Positions 31,710-40,244 of a stretch of DNA of 64,000 bases are shown in pieces. Position numbers and translations under genes: made by a program. The notes under the pieces are model-generated. The model saw only the letters and a list, made by a program, of their open reading frames with translations. It did no database searches and was not told the DNA's origin. Numbering within the stretch: the first letter of the stretch is position 1; the number at the start of each line of letters is the position of its first letter. This DNA is from Acidobacteriota bacterium (GTDB taxonomy: Bacteria; Acidobacteriota; Aminicenantia; UBA2199): contig JAHIKI010000063.1 in assembly GCA_018897435.1 (NCBI GenBank), forward strand, positions 16 to 64,015, given 5' to 3'.

Positions 31710-32204
31710 TTATTGTTCGATTTCGCCGAAGTCGTCGGCCGAAAGGGAATTGAACCAATTGTCGATCTTGTCCTCGCCGCTGAGGAAATTGCTGAAAACG
31801 TCAGCCAGGACCGATGTTTCCAGCACCTGTTTGGAAACGTAAATTTTGGCCCTGTTTTTCAGGGCCAGGGCCACCGCATCCGACGGGCGGCAATCGATGA
31901 TCCTCTGTTCGCCGTTTATTTCGATGACCAGTTCGGCGTAATAGGTATTTTGGACGATGTTGGTGATGATCACCTTGGCCAGCACGGCTTCCAGGTTGCA
32001 CATGATGCTTTTCATCAGGTCATGGGTCATGGGACGGGGCGAAGAGACGTTCTCCAGTTCCAGGGCGATGGCATTGGCTTCGTTCAAGCCGATCCAGATG
32101 GGGATGATCTTTTTTTCGTTCAGGGCTTTAAGCACCATGACCGGGGATTTGGATATCTGATCCATGATCAGGCCGACTATATTCACTTCGACGAATTTTT
32201 CCAT
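31710..32204 (-). CDS. bifunctional nuclease family protein (DUF151)
   Basis: PIWIGLNEANAIALELENVSSPRPMTHDL is the DUF151/BFN signature. Confidence 0.8.
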   Translation of the reverse strand: MEKFVEVNIVGLIMDQISKSPVMVLKALNEKKIIPIWIGLNEANAIALELENVSSPRPMTHDLMKSIMCNLEAVLAKVIITNIVQNTYYAELVIEINGEQRIIDCRPSDAVALALKNRAKIYVSKQVLETSVLADVFSNFLSGEDKIDNWFNSLSADDFGEIEQ

Positions 32205-32299
32205 TCTCAGAACTTATATAATATCAAAACCGGGTTTTGTCAATTCCATAAACCACAAAACGAACTTTTGTGAAAAGTGACTAGAAATATGCGAGATCA

Positions 32300-32524
32300 G
32301 TGTACGGTATATGGTTGACGGTGAACGGTGAAGAGATTAAACAAATTCCAAATCACAAATCCCAAATTCCAAATAAATTCAAGTTCCAAATTCCAATGTC
32401 CCAAACTAAAGCCTTGAAAAGAGTCTGCTCTTTGTTTTGGTCATTGTGTCATTGGAATTTGGTGCTTGTTTGTTGCTTGGATCTTAGGATTTTTATTTCT
32501 TACCGTGTACCGTCCACCTTACAC
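32300..32524. repeat. nested heptamer-array hairpin element, copy C
   Basis: Outer arms are GTGTACG GTATATG GTTGACG GTGAACG GTGAAGA (32300-32334) and CTTACCGTGTACCGTCCACCTTACAC (32499-32524). Inner arms are an AAATTCC-type array (32343-32406) and GTCATTG/GAATTTG-type units (32434-32480). Confidence 0.8.
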
Positions 32525-32538
32525 CGAGTCTTGTGCTA

Positions 32539-33288
32539 TCAGTGCACGTAGCTGGCGGCATTGATGTCGATGGTGCAGCCGGTAGCGTGATCAGCCAGGC
32601 CGCTGGCCAGGAAGGCGACCATGGGGGCGATGTCTTGCGGTTCGGTTAGCCTTTTCAGCGCAATATCCTTGAGCACCAGCTCCTCGCCGTGGATGTCGAT
32701 GAACTGCTGGGCCATCTTGGTGCGGGTGAAGCCGGGGGCGATGATGAAGGCCTGGATGTTGTCCTTGCCGAAAGCCCGGGCCAGGGAGCGGGTCAAGGCG
32801 ACCATGCCCCCCTTGGAGGCAGCATAGGCCAGGTATGCTGAGATGTCGCCGCGGAAAGCGGCCCGCGAGGCGATGTTGATGATGCGGCCGCCGCCCCGGT
32901 CCTGGAAGTGGCGTACCGCTTCCCGGCAGAGAATGCCGCAGGCGTCAAGGTTGACGGCCATGATCTTGCGCCAGTCGGTCAGCCAGCGCTCGTCATCCAG
33001 GCCAAGCGGCGAATCGATGGTCAAGCCGGCGTTGTTGACCAGGATGTCCAGGCGGCCGAACGCATCCAGCACCGTTCTGAACATTTGCCGGCTTTGCGTC
33101 GGGGATTCAAGGTCGGCCGCAAAAGGCTGGACCTGCCCGGGAAAGTCCCTGACTTCGATAGTGTGGCTGAAATGATGGGCTGCCACCCGGGCGCCGGCCC
33201 GGGCAAGTTCCATAGCGATGGCCTGGCCGATGCCCTGACTGGCTCCAGTGACCAGCGCGTTCTTACCGCTAAGATCGATCTTGAGCAT
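32539..33288 (-). CDS. SDR family oxidoreductase (FabG-like)
   Basis: TGASQGIGQAIA cofactor motif and the catalytic Y-x3-K in YAASKGG. Confidence 0.88.
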   Translation of the reverse strand: MLKIDLSGKNALVTGASQGIGQAIAMELARAGARVAAHHFSHTIEVRDFPGQVQPFAADLESPTQSRQMFRTVLDAFGRLDILVNNAGLTIDSPLGLDDERWLTDWRKIMAVNLDACGILCREAVRHFQDRGGGRIINIASRAAFRGDISAYLAYAASKGGMVALTRSLARAFGKDNIQAFIIAPGFTRTKMAQQFIDIHGEELVLKDIALKRLTEPQDIAPMVAFLASGLADHATGCTIDINAASYVH

Positions 33289-33341
33289 GAGGTCTCCCGT
33301 TTTAATGGTCTTGAATCAAATCGAATGGGCTCCGAAAGGGG

Positions 33342-33806
33342 CTATGATCTTTTGTTGATCACTGTGGCCCGGTCATCGCCGTTGACCTTCAGTTCTGCAA
33401 AGCGCACGCTGAAGTAGCCTTCCACTTTGAAGGGCAGGGAATAGCCTGCTTCCCTGTGCAAAATAAAAAAATCGCTGCCGCCTCCGCGCGCCAGCCGCCG
33501 GCAGCCGCTGGTATTGGGTGACACAGGAAGTTCGATCTCTTCTATCCGGGTCGTTGTATCCGGACGGTGTCCCAGGTATCTCTTCAAGGACTCGGCCTCT
33601 TCGCGGCTGAATTGTTCATTGACATATTCCTCGGGGAAAACACGTTCTTTTTCGTTTAATTGGCCGTAGTCCAGGATTGCTGTTTCATAAGGTGCGAGCG
33701 GATTGCTTCGTTCCAGGACGAACCAGGTGATCTTCACTTCCTCGTATTGCTTGCCATCGTATAGAAAGTTTCGCGCCAGGGAATGGACGCTGAAAATGCT
33801 GCTCAC
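33342..33806 (-). CDS. hypothetical protein
   Basis: ORF 33342..33893. An in-frame GTG at 33806 follows AGGAGG. I recognise no family. Confidence 0.4.
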   Translation of the reverse strand: MSSIFSVHSLARNFLYDGKQYEEVKITWFVLERSNPLAPYETAILDYGQLNEKERVFPEEYVNEQFSREEAESLKRYLGHRPDTTTRIEEIELPVSPNTSGCRRLARGGGSDFFILHREAGYSLPFKVEGYFSVRFAELKVNGDDRATVINKRS

Positions 33807-34268
33807 TGCTCCTCCTGTTTCCGGATATAGTAATAACAAAGAGGAATTTAATTTGCAAGGGTAGGGGCGCCTCGTTTCCATATTGCGCCTCAATATGGAG
33901 ATGATATACCCAAAATTAATAAAATAACAAGCGCTTGTCGACAGTTACAATTAGGGTAAATTAAGCTAAATTGTAATTATACGTCATAATTATACGCCAT
34001 ATTTCGTGTACTCTGAGTTATACGCAAGGCGGAGCGCCAAAATTTCGGTAAAGATATAGATGCGGAAGAAAGCAGGAGAGGTAATAGAATGAACTATTCA
34101 GCCATAAGGGCCAATCATGCTCATGGCGCTGTCGGTGATTTTCTCAAGCAGGATGTTGCAAATAATTCTGAAGTCTCAGGGATAAAGTGATGAACTTGAT
34201 TTTAATCTATCAAACTGAAGGTTTAAATATGGCGATTTTGCCATAATTAGAGAAAAACAGGAGAACAG

Positions 34269-34352
34269 ATGAATAATCCTAATTTTAAAGAGGTCGAATT
34301 CGACAATTTTAAAATGCAGGCAGGTCTTTCAAGTTTGATATTTGATATTTGA
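34269..34352 (+). pseudogene. fragment of a KilA-N-type gene
   Basis: MNNPNFKEVEFDNFKMQAGLSSLIFDI* aligns with [25 protein letters not shown] of the 36668..37489 product (about 15 of 22 identical). Confidence 0.55.
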
Positions 34353-34412
34353 ATGAGTTTTATCTAAAATGCTTTTATTGAAACGTAATTTTTAAGATAG
34401 GCGAGGAGATTC

Positions 34413-36671
34413 ATGCCAAAACTGACTGATCAGGAACAACGGGAAATCATCCGTTATATTGAGGCGGGCAAGCCATTGCCGGACAAGTTTCGCTTCCTGT
34501 TGTTTGAGGAGAAGCGTGAAGTCGAGTTGGTCTGGAATGGCAAAACCAGTGAGGTTTGCAATATTGTCCTTCCTTTTCAGGTGATTGAACAAATAGATGA
34601 GCCTCGTTCAGAAGGAAAAAAGGAAAAGCAATACAAAATGTTCGAAGCCATGGGTTTCAGCCTCGATAATCGTGGCAGGCAGCTCAAGGGCTGGACCAAT
34701 AAGCTCATCTGGGGCGACAATAAGCTTATCCTCTCCTCACTGAAAAATGGCCCGCTTCGCGAAGAGATCGAAAAGCAGGGCGGCCTAAAGCTGATTTACA
34801 TTGACCCGCCGTTTGATGTGGGCGCAGATTTTTCCATGGACATCGAGATCGGTGATGACACCTTCACCAAGAAGCCCAACATCCTCGAAGAGATCGCCTA
34901 CCGCGACACCTGGGGCAAGGGGGCCGATTCCTTCATCACCATGATCTACGAACGGCTGGTGCTTATGCGTGATTTGCTGTCCGATGATGGCAGTATTTAT
35001 GTGCATTGTGATTGGCGGGTGAATGGGTATATACGACTTGTACTTGATGAAATCTTTGGGGCAAACAACTTTTTAAATCAAATTTCATGGAAAAGAACGC
35101 CTTTTGCTGGGAGTAGTAAAGCTCGTGCAAATAAATTTCCAATAAATCAGGATACACTTTTTTTTTATGCTAAGGATGAAAACAAATACATCTTTACCCA
35201 ACAGTATATTGACTATTCGGATGATTACAAGGAGAGATTTCAGTATGAAGACAAAAGAGGGTTCTATAGAAAGACATTGCTAAAAACATATTCTTTAGAA
35301 ACCGAGGAAAGATTAAAAAGAGAAGATAGATGGATTGATTCTATCAGACCGGGCGCATATCCATCCTATAAACAATACTTGCATGAGTCAAAAGGCAAGC
35401 AAATCGAAGATATTTGGACAGATGTAAATTCTGCAAATCCAATGGCGAATGAACGTGTGGATTACCCAACCCAAAAACCTGAAGCACTGCTTGAACGCAT
35501 AATCAAAGCTTCATCTAACGAAAACGACTTGGTAGCCGATTTTTTTTGTGGTTCCGGGACGACGGCGGTGGTGGCGGAGAAGTTGGGGCGGAAGTGGATT
35601 GTTAGCGATCTTGGCAAGTTCGCCATTCACACCACTCGCAAGCGATTGATTGGTGTGCAACGGCAGCTCAAGGCTGAAGGGAAAAACTATCGCGCTTTCG
35701 AAATCCTCAACATGGGAAGATATGAACGCCAGCATTATATTGGAGTTAATCCTAATTTACGTGAAATTGAACAACAAAAACAACTTGACGAAAAGGAAAA
35801 TGCTTTTATCGACTTGATCTTGCGCGCGTATCGTGCTGAAAGGACTGCAGGATTTCATACTTTCTCGGGGAAAAAAGCAGGGCGCTTGGTTGCGGTTGGC
35901 CCGGTCAATATGCCGGTGACACGCCTGTTTGTGGAAGAGGTCATTATCGAATGCCGCCAGAATCATATCACGCGGGTTGATATTCTTGGCTTTGAGTTTG
36001 AAATGGGATTGTTCCCCTTCGCGCTGGATGAAGCCAAAGCCAAGGGAATTGATATTGCCCCCAAGTACATTCCGGCTGATGTATTTGATAAACGAGCGGT
36101 TGAAAAGAACCAAGTTGTTTTCCATGATGTGGCTGCAATCGAAATCAAGCCGCATATCAAAAAAAATAGTGTGGCTGTAGAGCTGACCGATTTTTCGGTT
36201 TTCTATTCACAGGACTCTATTGCCAACGCCGAGGCAACTCTAAAAAATAAATCCAGCAAAATTGTGGTTGAGAGAGGTCAGATAGTTAAAGTGAGCAAAG
36301 ACAAAGACGGTATTGTTAGCCGCGAAGTCCTTACCAAACATTGGACCGACTGGATCGATTACTGGTCGGTGGATTTTAATTTTGAAAGCAAAAAAGAGAT
36401 CGTACGGGTGCCGGTAAATTCGCCCGAACCCTCACCCCCGACCCCTCTCCCAGAGGGCGAGGGGAGATTCGAGGAAGTCTGGACCGGGGAATACATCTTT
36501 GAAAACGAGTGGCAATCTTTCCGTACCAAAAAGGATCGTTTACTGGAACTGACCAGCAGCTTCTGCGAATGTGAGCCGGGACGACGAAAACTGGGCGTAA
36601 AAGTTGTGGATATTTTCGGCAATGACACAATGATGATCATTGAAATCAATGTGGGAGGGCAAAAACAGTGA
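34413..36671 (+). CDS. mod: Type III restriction-modification DNA methyltransferase (Mod, beta-class N6A/N4C)
   Basis: 752 aa. Motif [15 protein letters not shown] precedes motif [22 protein letters not shown] (beta-class order). Followed by res. Confidence 0.85.
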   Translation: MPKLTDQEQREIIRYIEAGKPLPDKFRFLLFEEKREVELVWNGKTSEVCNIVLPFQVIEQIDEPRSEGKKEKQYKMFEAMGFSLDNRGRQLKGWTNKLIWGDNKLILSSLKNGPLREEIEKQGGLKLIYIDPPFDVGADFSMDIEIGDDTFTKKPNILEEIAYRDTWGKGADSFITMIYERLVLMRDLLSDDGSIYVHCDWRVNGYIRLVLDEIFGANNFLNQISWKRTPFAGSSKARANKFPINQDTLFFYAKDENKYIFTQQYIDYSDDYKERFQYEDKRGFYRKTLLKTYSLETEERLKREDRWIDSIRPGAYPSYKQYLHESKGKQIEDIWTDVNSANPMANERVDYPTQKPEALLERIIKASSNENDLVADFFCGSGTTAVVAEKLGRKWIVSDLGKFAIHTTRKRLIGVQRQLKAEGKNYRAFEILNMGRYERQHYIGVNPNLREIEQQKQLDEKENAFIDLILRAYRAERTAGFHTFSGKKAGRLVAVGPVNMPVTRLFVEEVIIECRQNHITRVDILGFEFEMGLFPFALDEAKAKGIDIAPKYIPADVFDKRAVEKNQVVFHDVAAIEIKPHIKKNSVAVELTDFSVFYSQDSIANAEATLKNKSSKIVVERGQIVKVSKDKDGIVSREVLTKHWTDWIDYWSVDFNFESKKEIVRVPVNSPEPSPPTPLPEGEGRFEEVWTGEYIFENEWQSFRTKKDRLLELTSSFCECEPGRRKLGVKVVDIFGNDTMMIIEINVGGQKQ
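36429..36468. repeat. 40-bp GC-rich repeat inside mod (inverted partner at 37730)
   Basis: CCCTCACCCCCGACCCCTCTCCCAGAGGGCGAGGGGAGAT is read in frame as [13 protein letters not shown]. It matches the reverse complement of 37730-37769 at 37/40 positions. Confidence 0.9.
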
Positions 36672-37489
36672 AAAAGATTAACGTGTTGGAAAAAGAGATA
36701 GCCCTCTACAAGAAAGATGATGAGGATTATATCTGCATAACCGATATCGCCAGATATAAAAACCCGGATAGAACGGATGACTTGATCAGAAACTGGCTTA
36801 GAAACAGGAATACGATTGAATTCTTGGGGGTTTGGGAGCATTTGAACAATCCGGATTTTAAAGCCGTCGAATTCGACGGGTTTAAAAAACAGGCGGGCCT
36901 TAATAGCTTTACATTGACTCCCAAGCAATGGATTGAAAAGACAAACGCCATTGGGTTGATATCCAAGGCGGGAAGATACGGCGGAACCTATGCCCACAAA
37001 GACATTGCTTTCGAGTTTGCGTCTTGGATTTCCGTTGAATTCAAGTTATACCTGATCAAGGAGTTCCAGCGCTTAAAGGACGAAGAGCACAAGCAGCTCG
37101 GCTGGGATATTCGGCGGAATCTGACCAAAATCAACTACCGGATTCATACCGGCGCCATCAAAGAGAACCTGATCCCGCCGGAACTCACTTTACGCCAGAC
37201 AAACCTAATCTACGCCTCGGAGGCGGATATTCTGAACATGGCCTTATTCGGCATAACCGCAAAGGAATGGCGTGACAGCCATCCGGGCGATAAGGGCAAT
37301 ATTCGAGACTACGCGAATGTGTCGCAGCTCGTTTGCCTCTCCAATCTGGAAAACCTGAATGCCCTTTTTATTCGGGAAAAGACACTACAGGCGGAGCGAC
37401 TCCGCAAATTGAACCAGATCGCAATCCAGCAGATGAGACTGCTGACGAATGACACTGGAATCAAGCGTCTTGAAGCGGGGGACAAATAA
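36668..37489 (+). CDS. KilA-N domain protein embedded between mod and res
   Basis: 273 aa. [34 protein letters not shown]...[21 protein letters not shown] matches the KilA-N family seen in R-M loci. GTGA overlap with mod and TAATG overlap with res. Confidence 0.75.
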   Translation: MKKINVLEKEIALYKKDDEDYICITDIARYKNPDRTDDLIRNWLRNRNTIEFLGVWEHLNNPDFKAVEFDGFKKQAGLNSFTLTPKQWIEKTNAIGLISKAGRYGGTYAHKDIAFEFASWISVEFKLYLIKEFQRLKDEEHKQLGWDIRRNLTKINYRIHTGAIKENLIPPELTLRQTNLIYASEADILNMALFGITAKEWRDSHPGDKGNIRDYANVSQLVCLSNLENLNALFIREKTLQAERLRKLNQIAIQQMRLLTNDTGIKRLEAGDK

Positions 37490-40239
37490 TGGCGCTCCAT
37501 CCCAATTTCCCCGAATCGCCCTATGCCATCCTCGACCCGGCTATCCGCTGGTTTCCCGCCGATGAAGCCTTGCGCGAGACCAGTATGGAAAAGTTGATGC
37601 CGCCGTTGGTTTCGCAACTGCGCAAGAAAGTAAAAGAGTGGCGGGACAGTGGCTATGCCGGAGCGACAAACACCAGCAAGAGCCTGCTTAACTGGTGGTT
37701 TAACACCCCGCACCTGTTGCCCCAGGCTTATCTCCCCTCGCCTTCTGGGAGAGGGGTTGGGGGTGAAGGCTTGGCTGAGTTCCAATATTATTTTGCCCAA
37801 CGTGAAGCTCTGGAGACAATCATTTTTTTATACGATGTAGTGGGTGTCAAAGACAAATTCGACATGATGCGTTTTGACAGCTCCGGCCTGGTTTCGGCGA
37901 ATATGTTTGATGAAACCTGGCGACGCTTTGTGGTAAAAATGGCGACCGGTTCCGGGAAAACCAAAGTGTTGAGCCTGGTGCTGGCTTGGAGTTTTTTCCA
38001 TAAGCTGTATGAGGCGGGTTCAGAACTGGCGCGTAATTTCCTGGTGATCGCTCCCAACATCATTGTCCTGGACCGCATCTACAAGGATTTTCAGGGCTTG
38101 CGCATTTTTATTAAAGACGACCCGATTCTACCTGAAAACGGAGTGGACGGACACAACTGGCGCGATGATTTTCAAATGACTCTCCATGTGCAGGACGAAG
38201 TGAAGATCACCCGTCCCACGGGAAACATCTTCCTGACCAATATCCACCGCGTCTATGCCGGTGATGATATTCCAGCTTCGCCAAGCGACGAAAATACAAT
38301 GGATTATTTTTTGGGCAAAAAGCCAAGTGGGGCAACTATTGATTCCAAAGTGGATTTGGGCATGATTGTCCGCGATATTGATGAACTGATGGTTCTCAAT
38401 GATGAAGCCCATCATATTCACGACCCCCGCATGGCCTGGTTCAAGTCCATTGAGGATATCCATAACCGCCTGAAACAAAAGGGGGCCGCCCTTTCCATGC
38501 AGGTTGATACCACTGCAACCCCCAGGCATAACAATGGAGCGATATTCGTGCAAACGGTGGCCGATTATCCATTGGTTGAAGCCATCTCTCAGAATGTGGT
38601 CAAGCATCCAGTGCTTCCTGATCAACCGAGTCGTGCCAAATTGGATGAACGGCAGAGTGCCAAATATACCGAGAAATACGCTGACTATATTCACCTCGGA
38701 GTGATTGAGTGGCGCAAGGCGTATGCCGAACATGAAAAGATGGGTAAGAAAGCCATCTTGTTTGTCATGACCGACGATACCCGGAATTGCGATGATGTTG
38801 CCGAATATCTTGAAAGTAATTATCAGGATCTGAAAGATGCGGTACTGGTCATTCATACAAAAAAGAATGGTGAAATATCTGAATCAAGCACAGGCAAGGA
38901 CAAAGAGGAATTGGATAAGCTGCGCAAACAAGCCAATGATATTGATAGTCTGGACAGCCCTTACAAGGCCATCATTTCCGTAATGGTGCTTAAAGAGGGC
39001 TGGGATGTACGCAATGTCACCACTATTGTGGGATTACGCCCTTATGCCGCTCAAAGCAATATTCTGCCGGAACAGACATTGGGACGCGGTCTGCGCAAGA
39101 TGTATCCTGGTTTCATTGAAGAATATGTCAGTGTGGTTGGGACAAATGCGTTCATGGAATTCGTTGAATCGATCCAGGCAGAAGGCGTGGTGTTGGAGCG
39201 AAAGCCGATGGGGGAGGGAACTCAACCTAAAACCCCATTGGTTGTTGAAGTTGACAAAGAAAATGTCAAGAAAGATATTGATTCGTTGGACATTGAAATC
39301 CCGGTGCTGACTCCCCGTGTTTATCGGGAATATAAAAATCTGGGCGACCTTGATATTCACTCCTTAGGACATCAACGTGTGATCTATCGCCAGTTTTCAG
39401 AAGAGGAACAGCGTGAGATTGTATTCAAGGATATCACCACGGGCCAAGTAACACATACGACCATCCTTGATTCCGTTGGTGTTGCTGACTATAGCAGTGT
39501 AATCGGATATTTTACCCAGACAATCATGAAAGATTTAAGGTTGGTCAGCGGCTACAATGTGCTTTATGGAAAGGTAAAGGATTTTGTCAAAAATGAACTT
39601 TTCGATCACCCAGTGGAACTGGAAATTCCCAACACCCTGCGCAACTTGTCTGAATTGGCGGCAACAAAAACCCTGGTCGAGACGTTGAAAAAAGCAATTA
39701 ATGCCCTTACCGTAAAAGAAAAAGGCGACCTGTCTGCGTGCGGCCACGCACAGGCAGGCGCGGAAATTCGGGATTCAATAAAGCTTAGACAAACCCGCCC
39801 CTTTGTGGCCAAGGATCAGGGATATCTAATCCCGAAAAAAAGTGTCTTTAACCGGATCATTGGTGATAGCCATTTAGAGTTGTTGTTCGCCCGCTTCCTG
39901 GAAGATTGTGATGATGTGGTCTCCTACGCCAAGAATTATATGGCGGTACATTTCAAGCTGGATTATGTCAAGGCTGATGGCGACATCTCCAACTATTATC
40001 CTGATTTTATGGTCAAGCTGACTGACAAGCGAATTTTTATTGTTGAAACAAAAGGCATTGAAGACCTGGACGTCCCGCTCAAGATGGAGAGACTTCGGCA
40101 ATGGTGCATTGATATCAACCATATACAAACAGCCATAAAATACGACTTCGTCTATGTGGACCAGGAAAGCTTTGAAAAATTCCGGCCATCGTCCTTCAAA
40201 CAGTTGATTGATGGTTTCAGAATGTACAAAAAGAAATAA
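37489..40239 (+). CDS. res: Type III restriction enzyme Res subunit (SF2 helicase plus C-terminal PD-(D/E)xK nuclease)
   Basis: 916 aa. Motif I MATGSGKT, motif II LNDEAHH, and the C-terminal nuclease motif YYPDF...FIVETKG. Confidence 0.88.
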   Translation: MALHPNFPESPYAILDPAIRWFPADEALRETSMEKLMPPLVSQLRKKVKEWRDSGYAGATNTSKSLLNWWFNTPHLLPQAYLPSPSGRGVGGEGLAEFQYYFAQREALETIIFLYDVVGVKDKFDMMRFDSSGLVSANMFDETWRRFVVKMATGSGKTKVLSLVLAWSFFHKLYEAGSELARNFLVIAPNIIVLDRIYKDFQGLRIFIKDDPILPENGVDGHNWRDDFQMTLHVQDEVKITRPTGNIFLTNIHRVYAGDDIPASPSDENTMDYFLGKKPSGATIDSKVDLGMIVRDIDELMVLNDEAHHIHDPRMAWFKSIEDIHNRLKQKGAALSMQVDTTATPRHNNGAIFVQTVADYPLVEAISQNVVKHPVLPDQPSRAKLDERQSAKYTEKYADYIHLGVIEWRKAYAEHEKMGKKAILFVMTDDTRNCDDVAEYLESNYQDLKDAVLVIHTKKNGEISESSTGKDKEELDKLRKQANDIDSLDSPYKAIISVMVLKEGWDVRNVTTIVGLRPYAAQSNILPEQTLGRGLRKMYPGFIEEYVSVVGTNAFMEFVESIQAEGVVLERKPMGEGTQPKTPLVVEVDKENVKKDIDSLDIEIPVLTPRVYREYKNLGDLDIHSLGHQRVIYRQFSEEEQREIVFKDITTGQVTHTTILDSVGVADYSSVIGYFTQTIMKDLRLVSGYNVLYGKVKDFVKNELFDHPVELEIPNTLRNLSELAATKTLVETLKKAINALTVKEKGDLSACGHAQAGAEIRDSIKLRQTRPFVAKDQGYLIPKKSVFNRIIGDSHLELLFARFLEDCDDVVSYAKNYMAVHFKLDYVKADGDISNYYPDFMVKLTDKRIFIVETKGIEDLDVPLKMERLRQWCIDINHIQTAIKYDFVYVDQESFEKFRPSSFKQLIDGFRMYKKK
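37730..37769. repeat. 40-bp GC-rich repeat inside res (inverted partner of 36429)
   Basis: ATCTCCCCTCGCCTTCTGGGAGAGGGGTTGGGGGTGAAGG is read in frame as [13 protein letters not shown]. Confidence 0.9.
39729..39760. repeat. 32-bp imperfect palindromic element inside res
   Basis: CCTGTCTGCGTGCGGCCACGCACAGGCAGGCG encodes LSACGHAQAGA in frame. It matches 60501-60532 at 31/32 positions. Confidence 0.9.
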
Positions 40240-40244
40240 AAGAA

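Noticed and set aside
32300-32551. 83-aa ORF on the + strand between the bifunctional-nuclease and SDR genes.
   Set aside because: It is a read-through of the heptamer repeat arrays (periodic QIPNK/KFQIP peptide), has no SD, and runs past the 3' end (stop codon) of the convergent SDR gene.
36359-36997. 212-aa minus-strand ORF across the mod/KilA-N junction.
   Set aside because: It is antisense to two motif-supported genes and has no recognisable features.
37309-37800. 163-aa minus-strand ORF spanning the KilA-N/res junction and the 40-bp repeat.
   Set aside because: It is antisense to two supported genes. Its only striking peptide (NPSPRRRGEIS) is the repeat read on the other strand.
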